DNA from: Syntrophales bacterium | Lineage (GTDB): Bacteria; Desulfobacterota; Syntrophia; Syntrophales; UBA2210 | NCBI GenBank assembly: GCA_963666365.2 | Contig: CAXXNF010000001.1 | Span: 1,024,001 to 1,088,000 of the forward strand | Length of the DNA stretch: 64,000 bases | Reading direction: 5' to 3' | Shown here: one piece after another, positions 1 to 11,180 of the stretch | Numbering within the stretch: the stretch's first letter is position 1 | How the letters are laid out: the number at the start of each line of letters is the position of its first letter | Translations under genes and position numbers: made by a program | The notes under the pieces: generated by a model | The model's input: the letters and a program-made list of their open reading frames with translations, nothing else | The model's database searches: none | Told to the model about the DNA's origin: nothing

Positions 1-3
1 TTC

Positions 4-1971
<1,968 letters not shown>

Positions 1972-2050
1972 GTTCTACCTCCATTTTTTTTATTATCAAT
2001 TCCGCTCGGTGATGGCAGCTTGCCCATCTTCGCCCTGTTAAATTCGCTGC

Positions 2051-2079
2051 TATATAATGTACCAACCATCCTCTGTCAA
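2051..2079 (-). promoter_or_regulatory. Putative sigma70 promoter of acs
   Basis: Minus strand reads TTGACA-17nt-TATATA, about 80 nt upstream of the acs start. Confidence 0.55.
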
Positions 2080-2102
2080 GGAAAAATTTCCCTAAAAAAG
2101 GC

Positions 2103-2131
2103 TTGACTTTGATGGGTTACGATGCTAGCGT
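2103..2131 (+). promoter_or_regulatory. Putative sigma70 promoter of the porin gene
   Basis: TTGACT (2103-2108)-17nt-TAGCGT (2126-2131) with extended TG; implies a ~140-nt 5'UTR. Confidence 0.55.
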
Positions 2132-2277
2132 TTCTCGAAATGTCGCCTCGGACGGGTACGTCCCGGGGGTGAAGGAAAGGGGGTGAGCGGGGAAACAGCC
2201 AATCAGCAGACAGGTATATCGGTTCAAAAAATCAAAGGTTTAAAACAGACAATATCTTTTTTTAGGAGGAAAGATAG

Positions 2278-3615
2278 ATGAAAAAATTATTGGTAGCTCT
2301 GTGCGCTCTGGCGCTGGTATGTGCATTCGCCATGCCTGCGGGCGCAACGGACGTGAAGATGAGCGGTGAATATTATGTCCAGGGATATTATTCGGCCAAC
2401 AGCGGTCTGCTGGACAATGCGGCAACGTCGCATGCCTGGTTCAACCAGCGCCTGCGCATGTCCACGATCTTTCAGGTCAACAAGGCCGTCAAATTCACCA
2501 CCCGCTATGACATCATGGAAAGCTACTGGGGCGGTAGCGACTTGTACATCGACAAAGACGGCGCCAACCGCAATTTGAACGGTCCCAATGCAGCGGGCTA
2601 CCGCGACGAAGCCAACATCTCTTTCGATTTCGGCTACTTGACCTTCGTGACCAAGTGCGGTAAGTTCGACGTGGGGTACATGTCCGACGGCGTCTACGGC
2701 ACCGAATTCGGCAATGCCGAAGTGGCGCTGCCCAAGATCGGCTGGTCCATTCCGATCGGCAAGTTCTACAACGTGTTCCAGTACAAGCATTGGGGTGAGC
2801 GCGACGTGATCTCCGGCAACAACGAGTCCGACGAAGATTACACCCGCTACATGGACATCCTCTTCTACTTCGCCAAGACCTGGCAGGCCGGCTTGCTGTA
2901 TCAGTACAATACCGATGCCACCATGTCGGGAGTGGGAGCGCCCCAGGGCTACAAGACGAATTTCCATGTATTGATCCCCTACGTGAAAGCCACCATCGGC
3001 AATCTCTATATCGAGAGCGAACTGAGCTGGATCGACGGTGACTTCCGTGCATGGGAAGCCCCCAATGCCCTCGGCCTTCAGGACATCGACATGAAGGGAC
3101 TCGCCTTCTACCTGAAGGGCAAGTTCGACCTCGGCAAAGGCTACATCGGCGGCCTCTTTGCCTACACCAAGGGGAACGATATCACCGATCCCACCGAACT
3201 CTACGTGTCCAGCGGCGGCGCTGACTGGAATCCCATGCTGATCCTCTGGAATAAGGAATATTTCAACTGGAACGCCAACAATCTGGGCGCCAACACCGCA
3301 TCGGGCGGCACGGGCAATGCGATGGGCAACGCAACGCTGTATCAGATCTTCGGCGGCTTCAACCTCCGGAAGAATCTCGATATCTTTGCGTCCCTCTCCA
3401 TGGCCAAGGCGGACCAGGATTCCGTGGCCGGTCAGATTGACGATGACTACGGCACCGAGTTCGACCTCCAGGCCACCTACAAGATGTTCGACAACCTCGA
3501 ATACATGGTGGGCTTCGGCTACTTCTGGGCCGGCGACTGGTACAAGGGCGCCAACGCAGCACAGGAAATCGACAACGAGTACATCCTGTTCCACAAGCTG
3601 ACGTTGACATTCTAA
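2278..3615 (+). CDS. Outer-membrane beta-barrel protein, probable major porin
   Basis: 445 aa; Sec signal peptide (MKKLLVALCALALVCAFAMPAGA), aromatic-rich amphipathic strands, C-terminal beta-signal HKLTLTF ending in Phe, strong SD TAGGAGG, strongly C-ending codon bias. Confidence 0.8.
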   Translation: MKKLLVALCALALVCAFAMPAGATDVKMSGEYYVQGYYSANSGLLDNAATSHAWFNQRLRMSTIFQVNKAVKFTTRYDIMESYWGGSDLYIDKDGANRNLNGPNAAGYRDEANISFDFGYLTFVTKCGKFDVGYMSDGVYGTEFGNAEVALPKIGWSIPIGKFYNVFQYKHWGERDVISGNNESDEDYTRYMDILFYFAKTWQAGLLYQYNTDATMSGVGAPQGYKTNFHVLIPYVKATIGNLYIESELSWIDGDFRAWEAPNALGLQDIDMKGLAFYLKGKFDLGKGYIGGLFAYTKGNDITDPTELYVSSGGADWNPMLILWNKEYFNWNANNLGANTASGGTGNAMGNATLYQIFGGFNLRKNLDIFASLSMAKADQDSVAGQIDDDYGTEFDLQATYKMFDNLEYMVGFGYFWAGDWYKGANAAQEIDNEYILFHKLTLTF

Positions 3616-3645
3616 GCGAATTTCAGACAGTTGTTTTGCAGTGTG

Positions 3646-3680
3646 AAAACCCCGGGGCGCCCCGCCCCGGGGTTTTTTTT
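3646..3680 (+). terminator. Intrinsic terminator after the porin gene
   Basis: AAAACCCCGGGGCG-ccc-CGCCCCGGGGTTTT followed by a T-run. Confidence 0.9.
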
Positions 3681-3806
3681 GTTGACGGCGGAAAAAGCGG
3701 CGAGTATCATTGGCATCACTATTGCGTATCGCGCGTTTCCTGTGCCGATACACCGGCATTATAGCGGGAAGAAACTCACAGTTTTCTGGATAGAAAAAAA
3801 GCAGAA

Positions 3807-4015
3807 TCTCGCGCAGAGGCGCAGGGACGCTGAGGGCAGGACAGAAAAAAATACGAGAGCTTTGAAAATTCCCCTTTGGTTTCAATATTGTCATGCCGGA
3901 CGTGATCCGGCATCCAGTTGAAATATTGTCTGGATTCCGGGTCGCGCTTCGCGTGCCCGGAAAGACGAAGAGAAGAGTTAAGCTCTCAAATGTTTTTCTC
4001 TGCGTCTCTGCGCGA
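3807..4015. repeat. CGCAGAG-type inverted repeat element, copy A, with a nested palindromic REP-like unit at 3890-3966
   Basis: TCTCGCGCAGAGGCGCAGGGACGCTGAG (3807-3834) pairs with CTCTGCGTCTCTGCGCGA (3998-4015); related copies at 11.9, 28.2 and 61.4 kb. Confidence 0.8.
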
Positions 4016-4052
4016 AAAAAAATCTGCATTTTTTTAAAGGAGTATTCGCGCC

Positions 4053-5708
4053 ATACCTCGCATTTACGGATACACAACCGGCCTCAAAACGGCCGAGTTC
4101 AAATCCCTGGAACAGCTCTACCGGCGGCGCGTGCCCCCGGACCGCATCATCACGCAGGAGTATGCCCGCGCCCTTGTGGAACTCTCCCGTCGCATCGGTC
4201 GTCAGATCGGCGTGCTCATAAGCCGCCGGGGAGAAACCGGTTATGTCATCGTCGGCGATACCCGTCAGATCGTCATCCCCGATCTCACGGGTTTTCGGGC
4301 GGCGTCGACGCGGCTCAAGGGGCTGCGCCTCCTTCACACCCATCTGAAGGACGAACCGCTCAGCCGGGATGACCTGACCGATCTCGCCCTCCTCCGGCTC
4401 GACCTTGTGGCGGCCCTTACCATCGACCCGGAGGGACTGCCCGGTCCCATGCATATAGCCCATCTGATTCCGGAAAATCCCACCGGCAGCTACTGGCTGG
4501 TGCTGGATCCCTGCCGTCCCTCGGAGCTTTCCATCAACTTCGCGTCCTTTATTCAGGCCCTTGAAGGGGAGTTCGCCCGCACACAGAAGCTGCGAAAGGT
4601 GGAATCCAGGGACCGGGCGATTCTTATACGGGTGGAGACCGATCCCGCCGCCGAGGCGAAGGCATCCCTGGATGAGCTGAAGGAACTGGCCCGGTCCTCC
4701 GATGTGTCCGTTTTCGATGCGGTCATACAGTACCGCAGTCAGGTCGATCCGAAATTTCTCATGGGGAAGGGGAAGCTTTCCGATGTGGTGATCCGGGCGC
4801 TGCAGATGGGGGCGAACCTTCTCATTTTCGATCACGAGCTTACCCCCGCCCAGGCGCGATCCATCGCGGACTTCACCGACATGAAGGTAATCGACCGGAC
4901 CCAGCTCATTCTGGACATCTTTGCCCAGCGGGCCCTGTCCCGGGACGGCAAGATTCAGGTGGAACTGGCCCAGCTCAAGTATCTTCTTCCCCGCCTCGTG
5001 ACAAAAAACACGGCTCTTTCCCGCCTTACGGGAGGGATCGGCGGCCGGGGTCCCGGCGAGACGAAACTCGAAATCAATCGGCGACGGGTCTATGACCGCA
5101 TCAACCATCTTGAAAAAGAACTGGTCCGCATCAGAAGGGGGCGGGGCGAGCGGCGCGGGCGAAGAAAAAAAGAGGGGCTTCCCGTCATATCCATTATCGG
5201 CTACACCAATGCGGGAAAATCGACCCTGTTGAACGCGCTGACCGCAAGTACGGTCCTCGCGGAAGACCGTCTCTTCGCCACCCTCGATCCGAAGAGTGCA
5301 CGCCTGCGGTTCCCCCGCGACCGGTCGGCCATCATCACCGACACGGTGGGCTTTATACGCGCCCTTCCCAAAGAACTCATGGCCGCCTTCAGGGCAACCC
5401 TGGAGGAACTGCACGAGGCCGATCTTCTGCTCCATGTCGTCGACGCCTCCAATCCCGCCTTCGAAGATCAGATGGGCGCCGTGGAGATAATCCTCGAGGA
5501 TCTTTCGCTGCAGGCGAAACCCCGCATTACGGTGTTCAACAAGGAAGATCTCTGTGCGGACAGGGAGGCGCTTGCACATCTCTGCACACGGTATCGTGCA
5601 ATTTCACTTACAGCACGTGATGCAACCACCTTTTCCCCTCTGCTGGAAAAAATTGAAAGGGTGATTCTCAAATCGGAAAAGGGGTGGCGGGACCAAAATA
5701 ACTGTTGA
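4053..5708 (+). CDS. hflX: GTPase HflX (long N-terminal form); start probably non-canonical ATA at 4053 (ORF track uses GTG 4131)
   Basis: [21 protein letters not shown] (G1), LFATLD (G2), DTVGF (G3), NKED (G4); in-frame upstream [12 protein letters not shown]...LEQLYRRR resembles the long HflX N-terminus. Confidence 0.93.
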   Translation: MPRIYGYTTGLKTAEFKSLEQLYRRRVPPDRIITQEYARALVELSRRIGRQIGVLISRRGETGYVIVGDTRQIVIPDLTGFRAASTRLKGLRLLHTHLKDEPLSRDDLTDLALLRLDLVAALTIDPEGLPGPMHIAHLIPENPTGSYWLVLDPCRPSELSINFASFIQALEGEFARTQKLRKVESRDRAILIRVETDPAAEAKASLDELKELARSSDVSVFDAVIQYRSQVDPKFLMGKGKLSDVVIRALQMGANLLIFDHELTPAQARSIADFTDMKVIDRTQLILDIFAQRALSRDGKIQVELAQLKYLLPRLVTKNTALSRLTGGIGGRGPGETKLEINRRRVYDRINHLEKELVRIRRGRGERRGRRKKEGLPVISIIGYTNAGKSTLLNALTASTVLAEDRLFATLDPKSARLRFPRDRSAIITDTVGFIRALPKELMAAFRATLEELHEADLLLHVVDASNPAFEDQMGAVEIILEDLSLQAKPRITVFNKEDLCADREALAHLCTRYRAISLTARDATTFSPLLEKIERVILKSEKGWRDQNNC

Positions 5709-5802
5709 CTTTTCGCATCTTTTTTCATAAAGGTAGGCCGATTTTACTATGAAAGGCGCCTTCGCAATGATGACGGATCAGGAGACAGAAGGTACACGGT
5801 CG

Positions 5803-5877
5803 ATGCTATCTCTTGCGGTATTATCCCTCTTGTGCCTCGCTCTTCCCGGGCGACATACCCGGGCCTCATCGGCGTAA
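5803..5877 (+). CDS. Putative Leu-rich attenuator leader peptide MLSLAVLSLLCLALPGRHTRASSA (24 aa; could start in frame at 5749, 5767 or 5770)
   Basis: 7 Leu codons among the first 14; stop codon lies next to the antiterminator arm; followed by a terminator just before the operon. Confidence 0.65.
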   Translation: MLSLAVLSLLCLALPGRHTRASSA

Positions 5878-5944
5878 AGGAACGATTGTCACGGCACGCG
5901 CACACTCGATGAGGCCACGGATTGAATCCGTGGCCTTTTTTTTT
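5845..5944 (+). promoter_or_regulatory. Transcription attenuator (protector / antiterminator / terminator)
   Basis: CCCGGG 5845-5850 pairs with CCCGGG 5858-5863; GGCCTCATCG 5862-5871 pairs with CGATGAGGCC 5907-5916; terminator AGGCCACGGAT 5912-5922 / ATCCGTGGCCT 5926-5936 with T-run to 5944. Confidence 0.78.
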
Positions 5945-5957
5945 AAAGGAGCAGCCC

Positions 5958-6521
5958 ATGTACGAAATCATATGGCACGGCCGGGGCGGCCAGGGAGTCG
6001 TCCTGGCTTCTGAAGTTCTCGCCGAAGCGGCATATTTTCAGGGGTTCAAGGGCGTCACCTCGGCGCCCACCTTCGGGCCCGAGCGAAGGGGCGCGCCGCT
6101 TGCGGCGTCGACGCGCATCGCCGACGAACCGCTGCGGACCTTCTCTCAGATCGAAGAGGCCGATATCTCCGTCGTGCTCGACGAATCCCTCTTCAAAGTG
6201 GTGGATATCTGGGGGGGGCTCAAAGAAGGGGGCATTATGGTGATCAATTCTTCCGCGCCCCCCGGCGAGCATTTTCTCGTTAAGGCCGTGACGGTTCTGT
6301 GGCTGGATGCCGCGGCCGTCGCCCGGGAACACCGGTTGACCGCCGGCGGGGCGCCCGTGGTCAACACCCCTCTTCTGGGGGCGCTGGCGCGCGGATGGGG
6401 ACTGGTCGATCTCAATAACATTGAAAAGGCACTCGGCATCAAAATGTCCAGTGCCGGCGCCTATGTCAATTTTCAGGCGGTGAAGACCGCCTATGAAAAA
6501 ACGGTGATTATACCAGTGTGA
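5958..6521 (+). CDS. 2-oxoacid:ferredoxin oxidoreductase gamma subunit (PorC-like)
   Basis: HGRGGQG and FGPERRGAP motifs; SD AAGGAG before ATG 5958. Confidence 0.92.
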   Translation: MYEIIWHGRGGQGVVLASEVLAEAAYFQGFKGVTSAPTFGPERRGAPLAASTRIADEPLRTFSQIEEADISVVLDESLFKVVDIWGGLKEGGIMVINSSAPPGEHFLVKAVTVLWLDAAAVAREHRLTAGGAPVVNTPLLGALARGWGLVDLNNIEKALGIKMSSAGAYVNFQAVKTAYEKTVIIPV

Positions 6522-6528
6522 GGATACT

Positions 6529-6822
6529 ATGGAACGACGAGATGAAAATATATCGGGCGTCTGCACACCCGCCGTGGGCGAGGCGGGAAAAACCGGCGAC
6601 TGGAGCGACGTACAGCCCGTGATAGACCACTCAAAATGCACCCCCGCCGTCAAGGGGAGGGCCTCCTGTTTTCTCTGCTGGCTCTACTGTCCCGAAGGGG
6701 TGGTTCGGATGACCATTCCCGTGGAGATCAATCTCGACTACTGCAAGGGGTGCGGGATCTGCGCCGAAGAATGTCCCCCCAATGCGATCACCATGGTCCG
6801 AAAGGAGGAAATCCATGAATGA
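6529..6822 (+). CDS. 2-oxoacid:ferredoxin oxidoreductase delta subunit (2x[4Fe-4S], PorD-like)
   Basis: KTGDW, CxxCWLYCP and YCKGCGICAEECP ferredoxin motifs. Confidence 0.92.
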   Translation: MERRDENISGVCTPAVGEAGKTGDWSDVQPVIDHSKCTPAVKGRASCFLCWLYCPEGVVRMTIPVEINLDYCKGCGICAEECPPNAITMVRKEEIHE

Positions 6823-8035
6823 CATCCGCATCATCACGGGAAACGAAGCGGCAGCCCAGGCAGTCCTGCTCTGCGAACCGAAGGTGGTGGCCGCCTATCC
6901 CATTACTCCTCAGACCAAAATTTCGGAACTCCTTTCCGGGTATGTCGAGGGGGGCGTGCTGAAGGCGGAGTATGTACGCGTGGAAAGCGAACATTCCGCC
7001 ATGACCGTTCTCATATCGGCGTCCACCGTTGGGGCCCGGGTCTTCACGGCGACAAGCTCCAACGGACTTCTCTACATGCACGAACAGCTTCACTGGGCCG
7101 CGGGGTCCCGTCTTCCCATCGTCATGTGCTGTGTAAACCGCGGCGTAGGCGCCCCCTGGTCGATCTTCAACGATCAGCAGGATTCCATGTCGCAGCGCGA
7201 CACGGGCTGGATTCAGATATACTGCAGGGACAATCAGGAAATCATCGACACCGTCATCCAGGCCTACCGGATCGCCGAGCAGGTCTATATTCCCACCATG
7301 GTCTGTTATGACGGATTCGTACTCTCCCATACGATGATGCCCGTGGAAATCCCCGACGCGGGACTGGTGAAAGGGTTCCTTCCCCCCTACCGGCCCCACA
7401 CCTTCCTCGACCCGGAACGCCCCCGGACGATCAATCCCGTCTTCTTCCCCTGGCAGCGGCGCAATGCCGAGGGGGTGCTCTGCGACGGCTATATGGAAAT
7501 GCGCTACAAGCTCCAGCACGATTTCGAACGGTCCAAAGGCGTGATCGAGGAGGTCAACAGGGAGTTTGCCGAACGGTTCGGACGGGATCACGGCGGTCTC
7601 CTCTGGGAATATAGAACCGACGACGCAGACATCCTCGTGGCCGGCATGGGATCGATCGCCCAGGAAGCAACGCTCGCCGTCGACGCCCTGCGGGCCGAGG
7701 GAATAAAAATCGGCGTCGTGGGGATTCGCACCTTCAGGCCCTTCCCCCGCGAAAAGGTGGTCGAAGCCTTCAGGGGGGCCCGCGTCATCATCGTGTTTCA
7801 GAAGGCAATAAGCTACGGCTATGAGGGGGGCCTCACGTCCGAATTGAAAGCGGCGCTTTACGGGACGGGAATCACGGCGCCGGTGCACGATTATGTCGCC
7901 GGCCTGGGAGGACGGGATGTAAAAACACGGGAACTGGTGGAAGCGATCAGAACCACCCTTGATGCCGTCGCACGGGGAGAACGGCACAACAAAACAACCT
8001 GGCTCAACTGTTATACGGGTGACACTCATGCATGA
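6815..8035 (+). CDS. 2-oxoacid:ferredoxin oxidoreductase alpha subunit (PorA-like)
   Basis: TGNEAAA, AAYPITPQT, VESEHSA, RVFTATSSNGL, GLGGRD motifs; SD AAGGAGG. Confidence 0.93.
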   Translation: MNDIRIITGNEAAAQAVLLCEPKVVAAYPITPQTKISELLSGYVEGGVLKAEYVRVESEHSAMTVLISASTVGARVFTATSSNGLLYMHEQLHWAAGSRLPIVMCCVNRGVGAPWSIFNDQQDSMSQRDTGWIQIYCRDNQEIIDTVIQAYRIAEQVYIPTMVCYDGFVLSHTMMPVEIPDAGLVKGFLPPYRPHTFLDPERPRTINPVFFPWQRRNAEGVLCDGYMEMRYKLQHDFERSKGVIEEVNREFAERFGRDHGGLLWEYRTDDADILVAGMGSIAQEATLAVDALRAEGIKIGVVGIRTFRPFPREKVVEAFRGARVIIVFQKAISYGYEGGLTSELKAALYGTGITAPVHDYVAGLGGRDVKTRELVEAIRTTLDAVARGERHNKTTWLNCYTGDTHA

Positions 8036-8927
8036 GAATTTATTTAAACTACATGAAAAAGAATACATTCTGCCCGGCAGCCGCGCCTGTCAGGGATGCG
8101 GGCTTTCTCTGGCCTACCGCTACATTCTGAAAGCGCTCCGCGAAAACACCATTGTGGCAATCCCTCCGAGCTGTCTCTGCGTGCTTCACGGCCTCTACCC
8201 GAATACCTCGGTCATCGTGCCGGCGCTCAATATCACCTTCGCCGGGAACGCCGCCTCGGCATCGGGGATCGTGGCGGCGCTGACCGCGCTGAACAGGCCC
8301 GACATCACCGTGCTCGCCCTTTCGGGGGACGGCGGCACCTATGACATCGGCATCCAGTCCCTGAGCGGCGCCGCCGAACGGAACACCGATTTCATATTCG
8401 CCTGCTATGACAATGAAGCCTACATGAATACGGGGACACAGCGCTCCGGCGCCACCCCGCTGGGCGCCGTCACCACCACCACGCCCCTCCTGACAAAACA
8501 GGATCACAAAAAAGATTTCATCAAGATCATGGAGGCCCACAATATTCCCTACATTGCCACAGTTTCACCCGCTTATCCTCAGGATCTTTATGAAAAATTC
8601 GTAAAGGCGAAGCGCATCAAGGGTACGCGCTACATTCAGATCGACACCCCCTGTCCTCCCGGATGGGGCTACCCGACGAAAGACACCGTGAAAATAGGGA
8701 AACTTGCCGTGGAAACGGGTATGTTTCCGCTGATTGAAATCGAAGACGGCAAACTGCGTTTCACCGGCAGAAGCCATACCCTCACCACAAAGGGGAAACG
8801 CACCCCCATCATTCATTACGTGGAACGGCAGACGCGCTTTAAAAAGATGAGTATCGAACAGCTCAATCAGCTGCAGAGCTGGGTGGACAAACGCTGGAAC
8901 GACTTTATGAGGCAGGCGGAACTCTAA
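8028..8927 (+). CDS. 2-oxoacid:ferredoxin oxidoreductase beta subunit (TPP-binding, PorB-like)
   Basis: ACQGCG, GDGGTYDIG...YDNEAYMNTGTQRS TPP motif, PCPPGW. Confidence 0.93.
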   Translation: MHENLFKLHEKEYILPGSRACQGCGLSLAYRYILKALRENTIVAIPPSCLCVLHGLYPNTSVIVPALNITFAGNAASASGIVAALTALNRPDITVLALSGDGGTYDIGIQSLSGAAERNTDFIFACYDNEAYMNTGTQRSGATPLGAVTTTTPLLTKQDHKKDFIKIMEAHNIPYIATVSPAYPQDLYEKFVKAKRIKGTRYIQIDTPCPPGWGYPTKDTVKIGKLAVETGMFPLIEIEDGKLRFTGRSHTLTTKGKRTPIIHYVERQTRFKKMSIEQLNQLQSWVDKRWNDFMRQAEL

Positions 8928-10222
8928 GGGAGCAGGGAGGCGATGAGATCGGCATAGCGCGCCGCTGCTCCTCTGTTGTTCTGCACAATCTCTTTTCCGG
9001 CCTCGCCGCGCCGGAGACGCTGTTCCGGATTGTTCAGCATATCCGCGATTCCTGCGGCAAGTTCTTCTTCTCCGGTGACGGTCACGCCGGCGCCGACGGA
9101 ACAGAGCTGATCGCGTTCGTCCATGAAATCATCCATATGGGGGCCGAAAAAGACAACCTTCCCCCAGGCGGCCGCCTCGAGGACATTCTGCCCTCCCCGC
9201 GGCACGAGACTTCCCCCGCAAAACACCACATGGGCGCATCCGTAGAGCGTAAAAAGCACCCCCATGGCATCGACAAGCACCACAGGCCGGTTTCCCCGCG
9301 GCACTCCTTTTACGATTTCACTATAGACGATTACATCACGATCGAACCCTTCCGCCTCAAGGAGAGTGCGAATCTCGCCGGATCTCTCTATATGCCGCGG
9401 CACAAGTACAAGCACCACATCGGGGAATTGCCGGCGCAGCTTCTTAAATGCCGCGATGACCGTCTTTTCCTCACCCCCATGGGTGCTGCCGGCGACAAAG
9501 ACAGGGGTGTGCACGGACAGGGACAGCCGGCCGGCCATTGCGCCGGCGCGGGCAGGATCGGCCTCTGCGGCAAGGCTGTCGAACTTGGCATTTCCCATCA
9601 CAAACAGGCGAGAGGAATCCACTCCCATCGATATGAGCCTTTCCTCGTCAATCCTGGAAATGACGCCCGCCGCATCGATCATTTTCAGCACCCCCTGCCA
9701 GAAAAATCTCGTCGCCCGATATTTTTTAAAGGACCGTGGAGAAATACGGCCGTTCACCATCACCACCCTGACGGCGCGCCTTCGGCAGGCGCGAATGAAA
9801 TTGGGCCAGATCTCCGTCTCCACGGGGACAAATACATCGGGGGCGACGCCATCCAGCACCTTATTTATTACGTGTGGAATATCAAGGGGATAATAGAGAT
9901 GGCTCGTCGCATGGGGCACAAGCCGGACCGCCGCATCCTGCCCCGTTTCGGTGCTCGTCGAAAGGACGATGCACCCCTCGGGATAGCGTACACGAAGCGC
10001 TTCGACGATCGGCGCCGCCGCCGTGACTTCACCGACCGACACGGCATGCACCCATATGCGGGGGGTTCCCTTCATAACGCTGAAGAGTTCCGGCGGATTG
10101 ACGCCGAACTTCGGCCCCATGCTCTTCCTGTACTTGCCGGTCACACAGACCCGCCAGGCGTAGTAGGGCGCCAGAAAAAGGGCGGCCAGGCCCAGCAGCA
10201 CATTGTAGAGGAAAAATTTCAT
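8924..10222 (-). CDS. waaA: 3-deoxy-D-manno-octulosonic acid transferase
   Basis: IWVHAVSVGE, ETEIWPN, NGRIS, GNAKFD, AGSTHGGEE, VPRHIER, GGQNVLE motifs. Confidence 0.95.
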   Translation of the reverse strand: MKFFLYNVLLGLAALFLAPYYAWRVCVTGKYRKSMGPKFGVNPPELFSVMKGTPRIWVHAVSVGEVTAAAPIVEALRVRYPEGCIVLSTSTETGQDAAVRLVPHATSHLYYPLDIPHVINKVLDGVAPDVFVPVETEIWPNFIRACRRRAVRVVMVNGRISPRSFKKYRATRFFWQGVLKMIDAAGVISRIDEERLISMGVDSSRLFVMGNAKFDSLAAEADPARAGAMAGRLSLSVHTPVFVAGSTHGGEEKTVIAAFKKLRRQFPDVVLVLVPRHIERSGEIRTLLEAEGFDRDVIVYSEIVKGVPRGNRPVVLVDAMGVLFTLYGCAHVVFCGGSLVPRGGQNVLEAAAWGKVVFFGPHMDDFMDERDQLCSVGAGVTVTGEEELAAGIADMLNNPEQRLRRGEAGKEIVQNNRGAAARYADLIASLLP

Positions 10223-10432
10223 ACAGTACCTTCGAGGAACACTTGCTCCTCCATATCACGACAGCATCATCGGCTGCAACTGTTACCATCGGGGGTCGTC
10301 ACGGTTCAATGCACAATGCCTGTGTTCTTAACCTCTATGCCGCTGCATAATTATCACTGTACACACACGAAAAGATTGACAGGGGAAAATGCGGTATAGT
10401 AAAGGGAGATATAACCAAGGAGAAAAAAAACA

Positions 10433-11176
10433 ATGAAGCACAGAAAATATAACAGGTGCTGCATTGCAGCGGTGTTGTGTGTCGCATTTCTGGTCGCTGC
10501 CGGCTGCACACGGTATGAACGCACGGTTGTCCCCTTCAAGATGCCCACGGCCTACCCCAACGCAACGGCCGTGGCAGGCGCTGTAGTGGCCGCCGAAGCC
10601 TTTGCCGATTCCGAAAAGGCCTCCCGGGCATTCGGGTTCGACATTATGGGGGCGGGAGTCATGCCTGTGCAGGTGGTATTTGACAATCAGGGCGCCCATC
10701 CTCTGGAAGTCATTCCTTCAAAGACATTTCTTGTCGATGCGTCCAGCAATCTGTGGCCCATCCTCGATGAGGGACTCGCCTACGATCGGATTGCCAAAAA
10801 AACGGATTTTGGAGAGGTCGCGCCCAAAGCGGCAAAGCCCGCGCTTTTGGGCGGCGCGGCAGGCGCGCTCATCGGCGCCGCCATCGGCATCGTCACGGGG
10901 ACCAATGTGGGAGAAGCAGCGGGCAAAGGCGCCGCCGTGGGCGCGGCGGCCGGCGCAACGGCAGGGGGTCTTTCGGGGGTCAATGATCAGGAGGTGCGCC
11001 GCCAGATCGGCGACGATCTCCATACCAGGACACTGGAGCAGAAACCCATACCGGCGAAGGAGATCGCCCATGGATTTATCTTCTTTCCCGCCGAGGCCTC
11101 CGGTGCAAAGGAGCTCCGTTTGAGCATCCGGGAAATTGACACGGGCGTTACCCATACCCTCATATTACCGTTTTAA
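10433..11176 (+). CDS. Hypothetical lipoprotein with glycine-zipper segment
   Basis: Lipobox LVAAGC; GAAGALIGAAIG...GAAVGAAAG glycine zipper; SD AAGGAG. Confidence 0.75.
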   Translation: MKHRKYNRCCIAAVLCVAFLVAAGCTRYERTVVPFKMPTAYPNATAVAGAVVAAEAFADSEKASRAFGFDIMGAGVMPVQVVFDNQGAHPLEVIPSKTFLVDASSNLWPILDEGLAYDRIAKKTDFGEVAPKAAKPALLGGAAGALIGAAIGIVTGTNVGEAAGKGAAVGAAAGATAGGLSGVNDQEVRRQIGDDLHTRTLEQKPIPAKEIAHGFIFFPAEASGAKELRLSIREIDTGVTHTLILPF

Positions 11177-11180
11177 TGAA

